Source: Azolla caroliniana (Eukaryota > Plantae > Polypodiophyta). Taken from it: 17,566 nt of DNA. The notes beneath the pieces were generated by a model that saw only the letters and a list, made by a program, of their open reading frames with translations, was not told where the DNA came from and made no database searches. The stretch is taken from assembly GCA_043228905.1 (NCBI GenBank), contig JBHGNT010000688.1:1-17566 (forward strand), read 5' to 3'. Shown one piece after another: positions 1 through 8,955 of this stretch (the stretch's first letter is position 1; each line of letters opens with the position of its first letter). The position numbers and the translations under genes are program-made.

Positions 1-1315
1 AAATGTTCAAAATGTCTGACGCAATCAGAAAAGACATAAACCTGTCCAACCAGCCATTACATTCACACATCAAAGTTCTCTTAAACCACAGTTCCTTTTC
101 TAAAGGGATAAAAGAAAACGAGAAACAAGAAAACAGGGTATGAAGAGGATCAATTTGTCGAGATTAGCAATGCCACAATGATCTACGTTTTCCTTTGTAT
201 TGCTCAATGATCTAGCACGTAATCAGTTGTGCACCCACCTCATCCAATGAGCATTGTTATTATCATTGCACCATACCTCTTATGATTATGTAGTTTTAAT
301 TAAAGGTCACTAATCACAAAATTATATTTTCATAGTTATGTGTGCATTTCAAAGTCCTCTAACTGCTCGGTAAACAATATTTGGTGAGTATTACTATTAT
401 TTCCTGCCTCATATGATACAACCAGCTTGCAATATGGTAGAAGCTCGCTAACAGCCTCATCGTCTCATATTTGTCAACAACAATTACACCTGCACTTCAA
501 AGTTCTAGCCTATGAATAATATTTGATGAGTATTAATATTGCCATCGTGCCTTTTCTTTTGTGACTAAGCCATGGTGCAGTGTGATAGAAACTTACTGAT
601 CACTATATAACAGTCACATGAATGCCCAGTTCAACATTCAATGTTATTACTATTGTCATTGGACCCTATCATTACAACATGATCAAAGTTCACTAATCAT
701 TTTATCGCCTCATATTTTCCAACAAATAGCATTTACAATTGCACTTCAAAGTGATGGTGAACAAAATCTTCTTTTCCCAAGAAAAAGAAAAAGAAAGAGA
801 AAGAGAGACACTGAAAGGAGATATTCCATGGCATTGAAAAGTCTGGATTTGCAAACACTAGGAAAGGCCTATCTCAAGAACAAAGCAGCCATAATGTGAC
901 AGGATCCATATATGGTGTATGCATCATAAGCAAGACACAAATTTGACCCCACTTCGTCTTATCTACACATAATTGAGCCTGTGATGTTTTGTAGAGTTAT
1001 GATATTGATTAGTTGATCATATCCCTTCTATCTCTTATATTCTCTAACTTCTCTCCTCGCCCATTCTACTGTGTACTTTCTAGCACATATAACATGAATA
1101 TACAATAAAACATTTGCACCTTCATCTGTACATATTTCGAAGCTCCACAAAATGCTGCCTTCCTGATCTAGCCCAAGGTCAATAGTATATATGCCAACAA
1201 CATTTACAATGTGTCCAAATCAAAGTTCTTGCAATTCTTCCTAAATGAAATAGGGCCTCTCCAAGGAAAAAGAAAAAGAAAGAAAATAAGAATGAGAAAC
1301 GAGGAAGATATGTAC
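1..1315 (-). other. Intron 1 of ychF (partial)
   Basis: GT donor at 1315, AT-rich sequence, and no exon encoding the expected next motif (AANFPFCTIEPN-like) found by eye. Confidence 0.7.
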
Positions 1316-1573
1316 CAATGCATTGAAAAGCGTCGACTTCCCAACATTAGGCAAGCCAACAATTCCTGTCTTCAAGCTCATGCTAACTTTGGAAGAGGTG
1401 GAGAAAAGCTTGAATACATGAAGTGCACCGGTGGCGTGGTGAGAGTGGATGAGAGAATGAGACCATGAGAAGGAGGAAGAGGAAAAGTGGGGCTTTGAGA
1501 AACGAGGGGCTATGGCCATAGCCATGGCTGGAGAGTAGCTCCTCACGCTGCAGTAACGTGTAGCCACGGCCAT
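1316..1573 (-). CDS. ychF: First coding exon of organellar YchF/EngD (Obg-like ATPase) with N-terminal transit peptide; remaining exons lie left of the window
   Basis: Reads MAVATRY...MSLKTGIVGLPNVGKSTLFNAL. GIVGLPNVGKSTLFNA is the YchF P-loop, preceded by a 64-aa Ser/Ala/His-rich presequence with no acidic residues. Homology stops at TTG|GTACAT (phase-0 donor, GT at 1315-1314), followed by a pyrimidine-rich tract. Confidence 0.9.
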
Positions 1574-1684
1574 GCCTTCTTTCTTCTTTCTGTCTTCCTC
1601 CTCTGTCACTGAAACCTCATCAGGCAGCCTGATACTTTACACACAATTACAAAAGTAGGCCCCAATTTTATCTAATAGACTATC

Positions 1685-1716
<32 letters not shown>

Positions 1717-1780
1717 CAGTATATCATATATGTATAATAGTATATGTATATGTGTATGTATAATAGTATATGTATGTATG
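1685..1780. repeat. (TATATG)n / (TATG)n microsatellite upstream of ychF
   Basis: About five perfect TATATG units at 1685-1715, then degenerate TATG/TATA units. Confidence 0.9.
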
Positions 1781-1889
1781 GCAACAACTTTTCTCAAGTT
1801 TCCTCTTGTTTCTCGCTTCTTTCTAATGGCACACAATACATCTCAACACTTCGTCAGGAGTTGTTCCCGACTTCATGAGTGCACATTCG

Positions 1890-1983
1890 GGGTTTTGCTT
1901 GAACCGGGTTCTAATTCCTGTGCCCAACCGGGAATGGATTCCCGTTGGCATCTAGTTCAAACCTGGCGCCCAAACATAAACCC
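1890..1983. mobile_element. ~94-bp imperfect palindrome, possible MITE remnant
   Basis: Left arm GGGTTTTGCTTGAACCGGGTTCTAATT resembles the reverse complement of the right arm (GGGTTTATGTTTGGGCGCCAGGTTTGAACT). The central hairpin TGCCCAACCGGGAAT-GG-ATTCCCGTTGGCA shares the same axis (~1936.5). Confidence 0.45.
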
Positions 1984-2059
1984 ATACTGATGTGGTGCAA
2001 AATCTCAAGTTGTTTGGTATTCTATGAAACACGGATACTACACCCTCTCTCAAATGTTG

Positions 2060-2960
2060 CCTCCTCCATGACACCCATCATCCAAGATCTTCATTATATG
2101 TATATAGATCATGATCGAAGTACTTCACATTTTTCCAGTTCCTAGTCCGTCATTCCAATTATGACATTTTAAAGCTCATTATCATATGTCACTCATGTAT
2201 GGTGCTAGAAGTTTTTCCCCAAATGATTTTCTAGTTTGAACCCCTCATAGTCAATTCCCAATTATCTATGAAACTATTGCCATACACATATGTTAGGTGT
2301 GGTGTAAGAGCATCTCATCCAAAAGTTATGTGAATACATACTTGCCATTCTTTGCATAACCAACCAAGTTCATGTCAAATGTTGGTGTTGTGGCAAGAGT
2401 CTACACCGTTAGGCGATCAAACTTTTCCCCCATATTTAAGAGTTGCATAGAAATCAACTAAAAGTTGTGTGAAGCATACCAATCGTTAATGATCGTATGT
2501 CAAATATTTTGCATATTGCTCAAAATCTTAGCTAATACTACTAGTACAAGTGCTATGCCCACTAATCTTATTGAGATACACCATATAGGTTGGGGGAAAC
2601 TCTCTTGTTATTGTCTTTTGAGCTCAAATAAATGTTGGAGGGAGGTAAATTTACAATGTCAGACATATATAGGGTTTTATGGAGGTGTGTGTGAGAGACC
2701 CCTACCATGCATGCATTGCTTTTAGTAGAAAAGTAAAGCAGTACATGCATGCAAATACATATCACCCGGATGTCATACACGCAAAAAACACAAGGCCTCA
2801 TTGCCATCAATGGCTGTTCAAATTTACATTCTGTTGGCATTCTATTCATTCCAGCACAAAATAGTCTAAAGGTGATGACTGACAATGATGCCAAGGTAAT
2901 GCAACTTGTCATGATTGGCAAATGTGCATTTACGTCTCATCTTTATAGAACCTAGGGGCC
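2060..2960 (-). pseudogene. Highly eroded LRR receptor-like protein (RLP) relic
   Basis: Ordered fragments in plant extracellular-LRR register: FANHDKLHYLGI (2922-2887), LHACTALLF (2754-2728), FTSLQHL...SFPQPI (~2650-2584), MGEKFDRLTV*TLA (2433-2392), NI*HELGWL, then in one frame NSFIDNWELTMRGSN*KIIWGKTSSTIHE*HMIMSFKMS (2278-2162; island-end-like motif plus GxIPxxIxxLxxLxxLNLS register), and IGMTD*E. Confidence 0.55.
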
Positions 2961-3156
2961 TTTTATGCAAAGCTTTAAACAATCCATCTTTGTTTAGAAA
3001 GTTGTGTCACAATAATCCCAGTTAATGCAACTCATCATGATACCCAAATGATCAGCAACAATTTTTTACATGTGCATCTTATCACTGCAAAGTTAAAAAT
3101 GTGTCAAAATTTGTAATTCAATCTTTACAGTGTTAAATATGCATCAACATTTTCAT

Positions 3157-6100
3157 TCACAAGTCATGTGATATTTCCTCCTTATTGTAAGAAGCAACAT
3201 GCTTTGATCTCATTGCTTCAACCTTTTGTGCATCCTCTTGCATGCCAGAAGCTGCGAAGATATTAGCCATAAGGGCATACGCTGCACCGCAAGTTTTATC
3301 TAGCCTTATTGCCTGATCAAATGCAGATTTCCCAAGCTTCACATTTCCCCATTTTTGACAAGCACCTAATAATACTAGCCAAACTTGAAGATTATCACAA
3401 GATGGCATTGCATTAATCACTTCCATTGCCTTCTCGAAGTGCCCTCCAGATCCAAGTATCATAAGCATGCAAGTATGATGTTCTATACTTGGAGTAATTC
3501 CATACTTTTTGCTCATATCTGTATAAAGCAGTTCTGCTCGGTCCAACAGACCAGCATGACAGCAGGCACTCAAAACTGATAAGAGTGTAATTTCATTTGG
3601 AGAAATCCCTTCATTTTGCATCTTTTCAAAACAATTCAGTGCTTCATTACCTTCCCCTTCCTCTGCATAACCTGAAATTAGGGCATTCCACGAGATAATG
3701 TTTCGAATTGGTAGTTCTTCAAGAACTTGTTGCGCTTTCGCAAGCATACTACATTTTGCATACATATCCACCAAAGCATTTCCGAGCACAATGTCCTTCT
3801 CTAACAAGCCTTGAATGACAATCTCTTCGTGAATTTGTTTGCCCATGTCTATGGCCCCTGCACAGCCACAGGCATTCAAGACGCAAATGAAAGTGATCAC
3901 ATTTGCATGTATACCCTCACTTTTCATCCGCTCAAAACAATCCAATGCTTCGTGACCCTGACCGTGTTGAGCATACCCTGCGATTAGTGCAGACCAAGAT
4001 ACTATGTTTCGATTAGGAAGTTCCTCGAGCACCTCTTGTGCTGTTGAAAGCATACCACATTTCACATACATATCCACCAATGCATTTCCAAGCACAATGT
4101 CCTCCAACAAGTCTCGACTCATCATAATCTCTCTGTGAATCTGTTTACCCTTGTTTAGAGCTCCTATGCTTCCACAAGCCATCAAGATGCAAGTATAAGT
4201 AACTGCGTAGGGAGATATACCTTCTTTTTGCATCTGCTCGAAACATTTCAGTGCTTCATAACATTGCCCCTGCTGAGCATACCCTGCAATAAGTGTATTC
4301 CAAGAAACACCATCCCGAACAGGAATCCCATTAAGCACTTGTTGTGCTTTTGCAAGCATGCCACACTTCACATACATATCCACCAAAGCATTTCCAAGCA
4401 CAATATCTTGCTTCAGGAATCCCTTATTCACAATCACATCGTGAATTCTTTTGCCTTCATCTAAAGCTCCTGAACTGCCACATGCCTTTAAAATGGAAAG
4501 AAAAGTTACCACATCTGGTAAGAGACCTTCACTCTGCATTCTTCCAAAACATTCTAGTGCTTCATGGCATTGCTCCTGATTGGCATATCCTGCAATTAAT
4601 GTATTCCAAGTGACTGTATCTCGCATAGGGAGCTCCTCGAGAACATGTTGGGCTTTGTCAAGCACCCCGCATCTGGCATACATATCAACCAAAGCTGTGC
4701 CAAGCACAATATCCTTTTCCAGGAAGCCCCTACTCACAATCTCTTCATGAATTTCTTTGCCCTTTTCTATAGCTCCTATGCTCTCACATGCCTTCAAGAG
4801 CCAAGTAAAAGTGACGGAGTCAGGAGAGAGCCCCATAGTTCTCATCCATGCATAACACTCCATTGCTTCCTCATCTTGCCCCTGCTGAACATACCCTAGA
4901 ATTACTGAGTTGCATGACACTACATCTACAACGGGAAACTCCCAAAGTACCTGTTGAGCTTTTTCAAGTAAACCACATTTAGCATACATATCCACTAAAG
5001 CGTTGCCAACATCTTTGTTTAGTAATCCTCTATTTGCAATGTTCTCATGAATTTGTTTGCCCTTCTCTAAAGACCCTGTGGTACCACACACCTTCAATAT
5101 GCAAATGAAGGTGACTACATCAGGAGAAACGCCTTCATTTTGCATAGATTCAAAGCAGTTTAATGCCTCAAGAAATTTCCCCCATTCAGCATATCCTGCA
5201 ATTAGTGCATTATAAGAGACAGCATCTCGAATAGGAAGCTCTTTGAGCAGTTGCTGAGCTTTTGCAAGCATGCCACATTTAGCATACATGTCCACCAAAG
5301 CAGTGCCCAGAACAATATCCTTCCATAGCAAGTTCCTCTTGACAATCTCTTCATGAATTAATTTACCCGTCTTTATTACCTTTGCACCCCCACAAGCTTT
5401 CAAAATGCCAAGAAAAGTGATGGCATTTGGAGAAAGACCCTCAGTTTGCATTTGTTCATAGCAGCTCAATGCCTCATGGTTTAATCCTTGATGAGCATAC
5501 CCTGCAATTAGTGCATTCCAAGCAATTATGTCTCGTACATGCAAACTTTCAAGTACTCTCTGTGATGTTGCAAGCATACCACATTTTGCATACATATCTA
5601 CCAAAGCAGTGCCAAGTATGATATCTTTGGATAGAAAATTTCTATTTACAATCATTTCATGAATTTGTTTGCCTTTTTCTAGAGACCTCATGCTGCCACA
5701 GGCCTTCAAAATGCAAATGAAGGTGACATTATCAGGTGACAGGCCCTCTCTTTGCATCTGTTGGAAACAGTCTAGTGCTTCCTGAGCTTGCCCCTTGTGT
5801 ACATATCCTGAAATCAAAGCATTCCAAGAGATGGCATCTCTCTCAGGAAGCTCATCAAGTACATCTTGTGCTTTCACAAGCATAGCACATTTGGCATACA
5901 TATCCACCAATGCAGTGCCAAGAAGAATGTGTTTCTTTAGCAAGTTCCTAGTCACAATTTCATCATGAATTTGTTTGCCCTCGTCTATAGACCTTGTGTT
6001 GCCACATGCCTTCAAGATACAAATGAAGGTGACCACATCTGGAGAAACGCCTTCATTATGCATCCTTTTGAAACATTTCAAGGCACTATGACCATTCCCC

Positions 6101-6480
6101 TGTTGTATATAACCTGAAATCAATGCATTCCAACAGACTACACTCCGAATCGGGAGCTCCTCAAGAACTTGTTGTGCTTTTGTAAGGACACCACATTTGG
6201 CATACATACTTATTAAACTACTAGCTACATATGGGCTCTTTTCAAGTACTCCACTTCTTAGAATTTCAGCATGTATTAGCGTGCCTTTGTGAAGATCCTT
6301 CTTATTGGCACAAGCCTTGAGCATGGCCACAAAATGAGAATCTTCTCTATTTCCATTGCTAATCTCTATTTCGTGCATTTCCTTTATTTCTCCCGAGCAG
6401 TTCGATACCTTTATGTACATCCTTCTTAATGACACAAGCCTTGAGCATGGACATAAAATGTGAATCTCCTCTAATTTCAT
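3157..6480 (-). CDS. PLS-class pentatricopeptide repeat protein, E subgroup (putative organellar RNA-editing factor); true start uncertain
   Basis: Uninterrupted 1107-aa ORF. Nine copies each of ALVDMYAKCG-type (S) and WNALIxGY-type (P) motifs alternate with TFxCILKACG-type (L) motifs. These are followed by L2/S2 (VLSACCHAG, EHHTCM..LG..GHFEKA) and E1/E2 (VWLVLLGACQKWGNV, AAYALMANIFAASG). No PG box or DYW domain before the stop. Confidence 0.95.
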   Translation of the reverse strand: MKLEEIHILCPCSRLVSLRRMYIKVSNCSGEIKEMHEIEISNGNREDSHFVAMLKACANKKDLHKGTLIHAEILRSGVLEKSPYVASSLISMYAKCGVLTKAQQVLEELPIRSVVCWNALISGYIQQGNGHSALKCFKRMHNEGVSPDVVTFICILKACGNTRSIDEGKQIHDEIVTRNLLKKHILLGTALVDMYAKCAMLVKAQDVLDELPERDAISWNALISGYVHKGQAQEALDCFQQMQREGLSPDNVTFICILKACGSMRSLEKGKQIHEMIVNRNFLSKDIILGTALVDMYAKCGMLATSQRVLESLHVRDIIAWNALIAGYAHQGLNHEALSCYEQMQTEGLSPNAITFLGILKACGGAKVIKTGKLIHEEIVKRNLLWKDIVLGTALVDMYAKCGMLAKAQQLLKELPIRDAVSYNALIAGYAEWGKFLEALNCFESMQNEGVSPDVVTFICILKVCGTTGSLEKGKQIHENIANRGLLNKDVGNALVDMYAKCGLLEKAQQVLWEFPVVDVVSCNSVILGYVQQGQDEEAMECYAWMRTMGLSPDSVTFTWLLKACESIGAIEKGKEIHEEIVSRGFLEKDIVLGTALVDMYARCGVLDKAQHVLEELPMRDTVTWNTLIAGYANQEQCHEALECFGRMQSEGLLPDVVTFLSILKACGSSGALDEGKRIHDVIVNKGFLKQDIVLGNALVDMYVKCGMLAKAQQVLNGIPVRDGVSWNTLIAGYAQQGQCYEALKCFEQMQKEGISPYAVTYTCILMACGSIGALNKGKQIHREIMMSRDLLEDIVLGNALVDMYVKCGMLSTAQEVLEELPNRNIVSWSALIAGYAQHGQGHEALDCFERMKSEGIHANVITFICVLNACGCAGAIDMGKQIHEEIVIQGLLEKDIVLGNALVDMYAKCSMLAKAQQVLEELPIRNIISWNALISGYAEEGEGNEALNCFEKMQNEGISPNEITLLSVLSACCHAGLLDRAELLYTDMSKKYGITPSIEHHTCMLMILGSGGHFEKAMEVINAMPSCDNLQVWLVLLGACQKWGNVKLGKSAFDQAIRLDKTCGAAYALMANIFAASGMQEDAQKVEAMRSKHVASYNKEEISHDL
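3751..6210 (-). repeat. 306-bp coding tandem repeat (L-S-P triplets)
   Basis: The KC codon anchor recurs at 3751, 4057, 4363, 4669, 4975, 5275, 5581, 5887 and 6193; spacing is 306 bp except one of 300. Confidence 0.95.
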
Positions 6481-6525
6481 TACTAAATAATCTATCAGTC
6501 ATGCCTTTCCTTTATCTCTCCACAT
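6281..6525 (-). repeat. ~124-bp diverged tandem duplication of the PPR N-terminal segment, copies out of frame
   Basis: CAAGCCTTGAGCATGG occurs at 6311 and 6435 (offset 124). The copies encode SNGNREDSHFVAMLKACANKKDLHKG and, in another frame, SNEIRGDSHFMSMLKACVIKKDVHKG. Confidence 0.9.
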
Positions 6526-6693
6526 ATTGATGAACTTGGCGGTCCATGAAGACTGCTCATAGCTTTGGTGCCTAAGGACTTCTGATCTGGGGCTGTGGCA
6601 GATCAGACAAACCCCTCTCCTTCTCATGGATGGAGGTTTGGTCTCAGGGGCCATTCTGGCCTCCTCTCTGACTCTCTCGAATGTCATCATCAT
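6499..6693 (-). other. Upstream ORF in frame with the PPR ORF; candidate real N-terminus/first exon or uORF
   Basis: 64-aa ATG ORF ending in TGA (6501-6499), followed by six sense codons and then the ATG at 6480 in the same frame. A CT-rich tract typical of 5' UTRs lies upstream (6761-6792). Confidence 0.4.
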
Positions 6694-6760
6694 ATCATCA
6701 CTTTCTCTCTCTCCTTCCTATCAAAGATGGTGGGTAGCTTCCATGGAATGCAGTAGTAAT

Positions 6761-6792
6761 AGGAGGAGGAGGAGGAGAGAGAGAGAGAGAGA
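6761..6792. repeat. (AGG)n(AG)n microsatellite, likely in the PPR 5' UTR or proximal promoter
   Basis: AGGAGGAGGAGGAGG followed by an (AG)n run. Confidence 0.9.
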
Positions 6793-6794
6793 TA

Positions 6795-8210
6795 GGTCAT
6801 CCGTTGAACCCCTGCATTTGGCAATGGCATCTAGTCCATATAGATATCATCGAAGTTTGAGTTGGGGCTCATAGTCTTAAAGACATGGACATGGTAGCAG
6901 AACAATTACGAGTGGAAGTTCACGACGATATTGGCCATATTAATTGCAGTATTTCATGACAAATAGCCTATAATGGCTATATTGAAAATTTAAGCAAAAC
7001 ATTGTCAATTCTTTGGCTATAGGAACATGTCATCAGGAGACCATTCTTTGACTTGTATTTCCACAAATCAAGTAATATTTGCGTCCAATATTGTTTTTAG
7101 CCACAAAACCATGTTTGAGTTGGGGCTCACAGTCTTAGAGACATGGACATGGTAGCAGAACAATTACGAGTGGAAGTTCATGACGATATCGGCCATATTA
7201 ATTGCAGTATTTCATGAAAAATAACCTATAATGGCTATATTGAAAATTTAAGCAAAACGTTGTTAATTCTTTGGCTATAGGAACATGTCATCAGGAGACC
7301 ATTCTTTGACTTGTATTTCCACAAATCAAGTAATATTTGCGTCCAATATTGTTTTTAGCCACAAAACCACTTTCCAAGCAAAGTCATTGAATATGACATG
7401 TATTCAAGCTATTTTGAACTAGACAAGCATTAAATAAATAACTTTATTGACTTTCTATAAATACCTATTTGGTTGTATCATGTTGCCAAAATAGTTCAAG
7501 GGCATTCCACCTTAAATTCTCACATGCATTCTTGGCTAATAAATCAATAATAGAAAAGTCGATTGCACTATTGTAGCAATCCATGCATAGGCCACATTAC
7601 AAATTTCCAATACATACATCAACTTTTCATATTTTCAAGTTCTCAACTTGTTTGATTGTTGGCAAGAATATTGCACATTGGAGGATATCTAAGATGGAGA
7701 ACAATCTTATTTAGAATGTCATCAATGAATTGTGAATTATCAAAGTTTGCAAATGTTTAGTTATATACTAGGGCACGGAGGTACAGTCAACAACATATGG
7801 TTAAGTGTTTGGTGATGACAATTTTACACCATGCAAATATAAATTAGGTAAAGGATGAGAAGTAATTGCAATCAAGAGGGTGTTAAGAGGACAACCTTTT
7901 GTCAACTATTTCTCCAAAAGACCAAATCTAAATACAGGGAAGATTTGCCACGTTAATATAAATGTAATCAAATTACAACTTGCGTTTGAGACCAAGAGTT
8001 TTGTTAGATATGTGATTTAATACCTAGTGCTCAATCTTGAGAGTGTACTTCACATATTCAATGCCATTTTGCACAAGGAATAATTTGGATTATCTATGAT
8101 ACCATTCCATGGGATGCACACCATGATATGAAGATATATCTTTAAGATTGTTACGACACCATGAACATATTTTATAATTAAGGTGTTGAATTCAATACCA
8201 TTATTAGGGC
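6795..8210 (+). pseudogene. Highly eroded LRR receptor-like kinase relic
   Basis: One frame from 6801 reads PLNPCIWQWHLVHIDI, LKDMDMVAEQLRVEVHDDIGHI (LxxLxLxxNxLxGxIPxxIGxL register) and IENLSKTLSILWL*EHVIRRPF. INFSYFQVLNLFDC follows at 7618. From 7808: DDNFTPCKYKLGKG*EVIAIKRV...GKICHVNINVIKL...VI*YLVLNLESVLH. From 8101: TIPWDAHH...YL*DC. These resemble kinase subdomains I-VIa in order. Confidence 0.6.
6855..7369. repeat. 258-bp direct tandem duplication
   Basis: Copies start at 6855 and 7113 (GTTTGAGTTGGGGCTC...CCACAAAACCA). I count 8 substitutions (7 transitions) and no indels, ~97% identity. Confidence 0.97.
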
Positions 8211-8450
8211 CCCTTAAAACTTCTTGCCATGCCACAAAACTTCGAACTCTACACCTATCAAATCCCAAGAATAACTCTATTATTTTACTACTTTATTACT
8301 TTTAATGTTTCGAAGTTTTTGATGTCAAGCTTTGAGTCGGGGATCCTTCTCTGAGTTGGTAGGGCTCCTTGTGACAGAGGATGTCAGAGAGTCGACTCCT
8401 GGTGACAAACGTTGTTAAGCTTTTTATCCATATATAGGATGACGCAAATT

Positions 8451-8903
8451 GCAAGCGACCACCTGCACTGTTCGTGCTCGTGATTCCCTCGTTTGCCCTC
8501 TTTTAATATTTGGTAGCAGGCAGACACGAGCATGCTCATGTGTCCATCATCATCATCATCATCATCATTCTCATGTGCGACGTGTCTATTATGACACAAA
8601 TCATAAAGAGAGTTGGTGAGGGATCGTGGCCACAGACAGTGCAGGTCGCTCAGAGGAAGGCGTGTGCAGTCTGCACCGTCAGATTTCGATAATAAAGAGG
8701 GCACGAAAAAGAAAGTTCTGCAGAGGTCGCCCAACCGCAGGTAAGTTTATATTAAGTTGGTCGCCCAACCAACTTAATCATCGATGCAGGTCGCCCAACC
8801 GACGACTATAAAAGCCTAAAACCTGTCATTATCTCTCATTTTTTCAAACGAGATTGAGAGAGTTTTTTTGTCGGGAAAGAAAACTATCATCAGGCGGCCT
8901 GCA
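8451..8903. repeat. Cluster of TGCAGGTCGCCCAACC-type motifs in both orientations (subterminal-repeat-like)
   Basis: Perfect GGTCGCCCAACC at 8725, 8759 and 8789; TGCAGGTCGCT at 8640; inverted variants at 8454-8467 and 8893-8903; 11-bp-arm hairpin at 8751-8778. Confidence 0.8.
8545..8568. repeat. (CAT)8 microsatellite
   Basis: Eight perfect CAT units. Confidence 0.95.
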
Positions 8904-8955
8904 ATTGACATAAGTGGCAATCAATCTCCGCCATCACTATTCCCAGGTATGTATT

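Noticed and set aside
374-760. Short intronic repeats (AATATTTGRTGAGTATTA x2, GCACTTCAAAGT x2)
   Set aside because: Too short and AT-rich to support an element or function.
618-1468. Plus-strand ORFs with KRKRK runs resembling NLSs
   Set aside because: They derive from intronic purine tracts (about 777 and 1261) antisense to ychF.
2510-2570. LVGIALVLVVLAKIL as the RLP transmembrane helix
   Set aside because: It lies upstream of further LRR fragments and overlaps an LRR reading (NKISGH) in another frame.
3385-5621. Short plus-strand ORFs within the PPR gene
   Set aside because: Antisense shadows of the repetitive PPR coding sequence.
6499-6501. TGA repaired by U-to-C RNA editing or readthrough
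   Set aside because: U-to-C editing in ferns is organellar, and readthrough would still translate the duplicated motif off-frame.
7865-7915. GGTGTTAAGAGGACAACCTTTTGTCA resembling the LINE RT GVKQGCPLS motif
   Set aside because: It needs indels and lacks flanking RT motifs; the kinase reading gives several ordered motifs in one frame.
8725-8800. Three identical 12-mers with short spacers, CRISPR-like
   Set aside because: Repeats are too short, spacers are 22 and 18 nt, copies occur in both orientations, the context is eukaryotic, and there are no cas genes.
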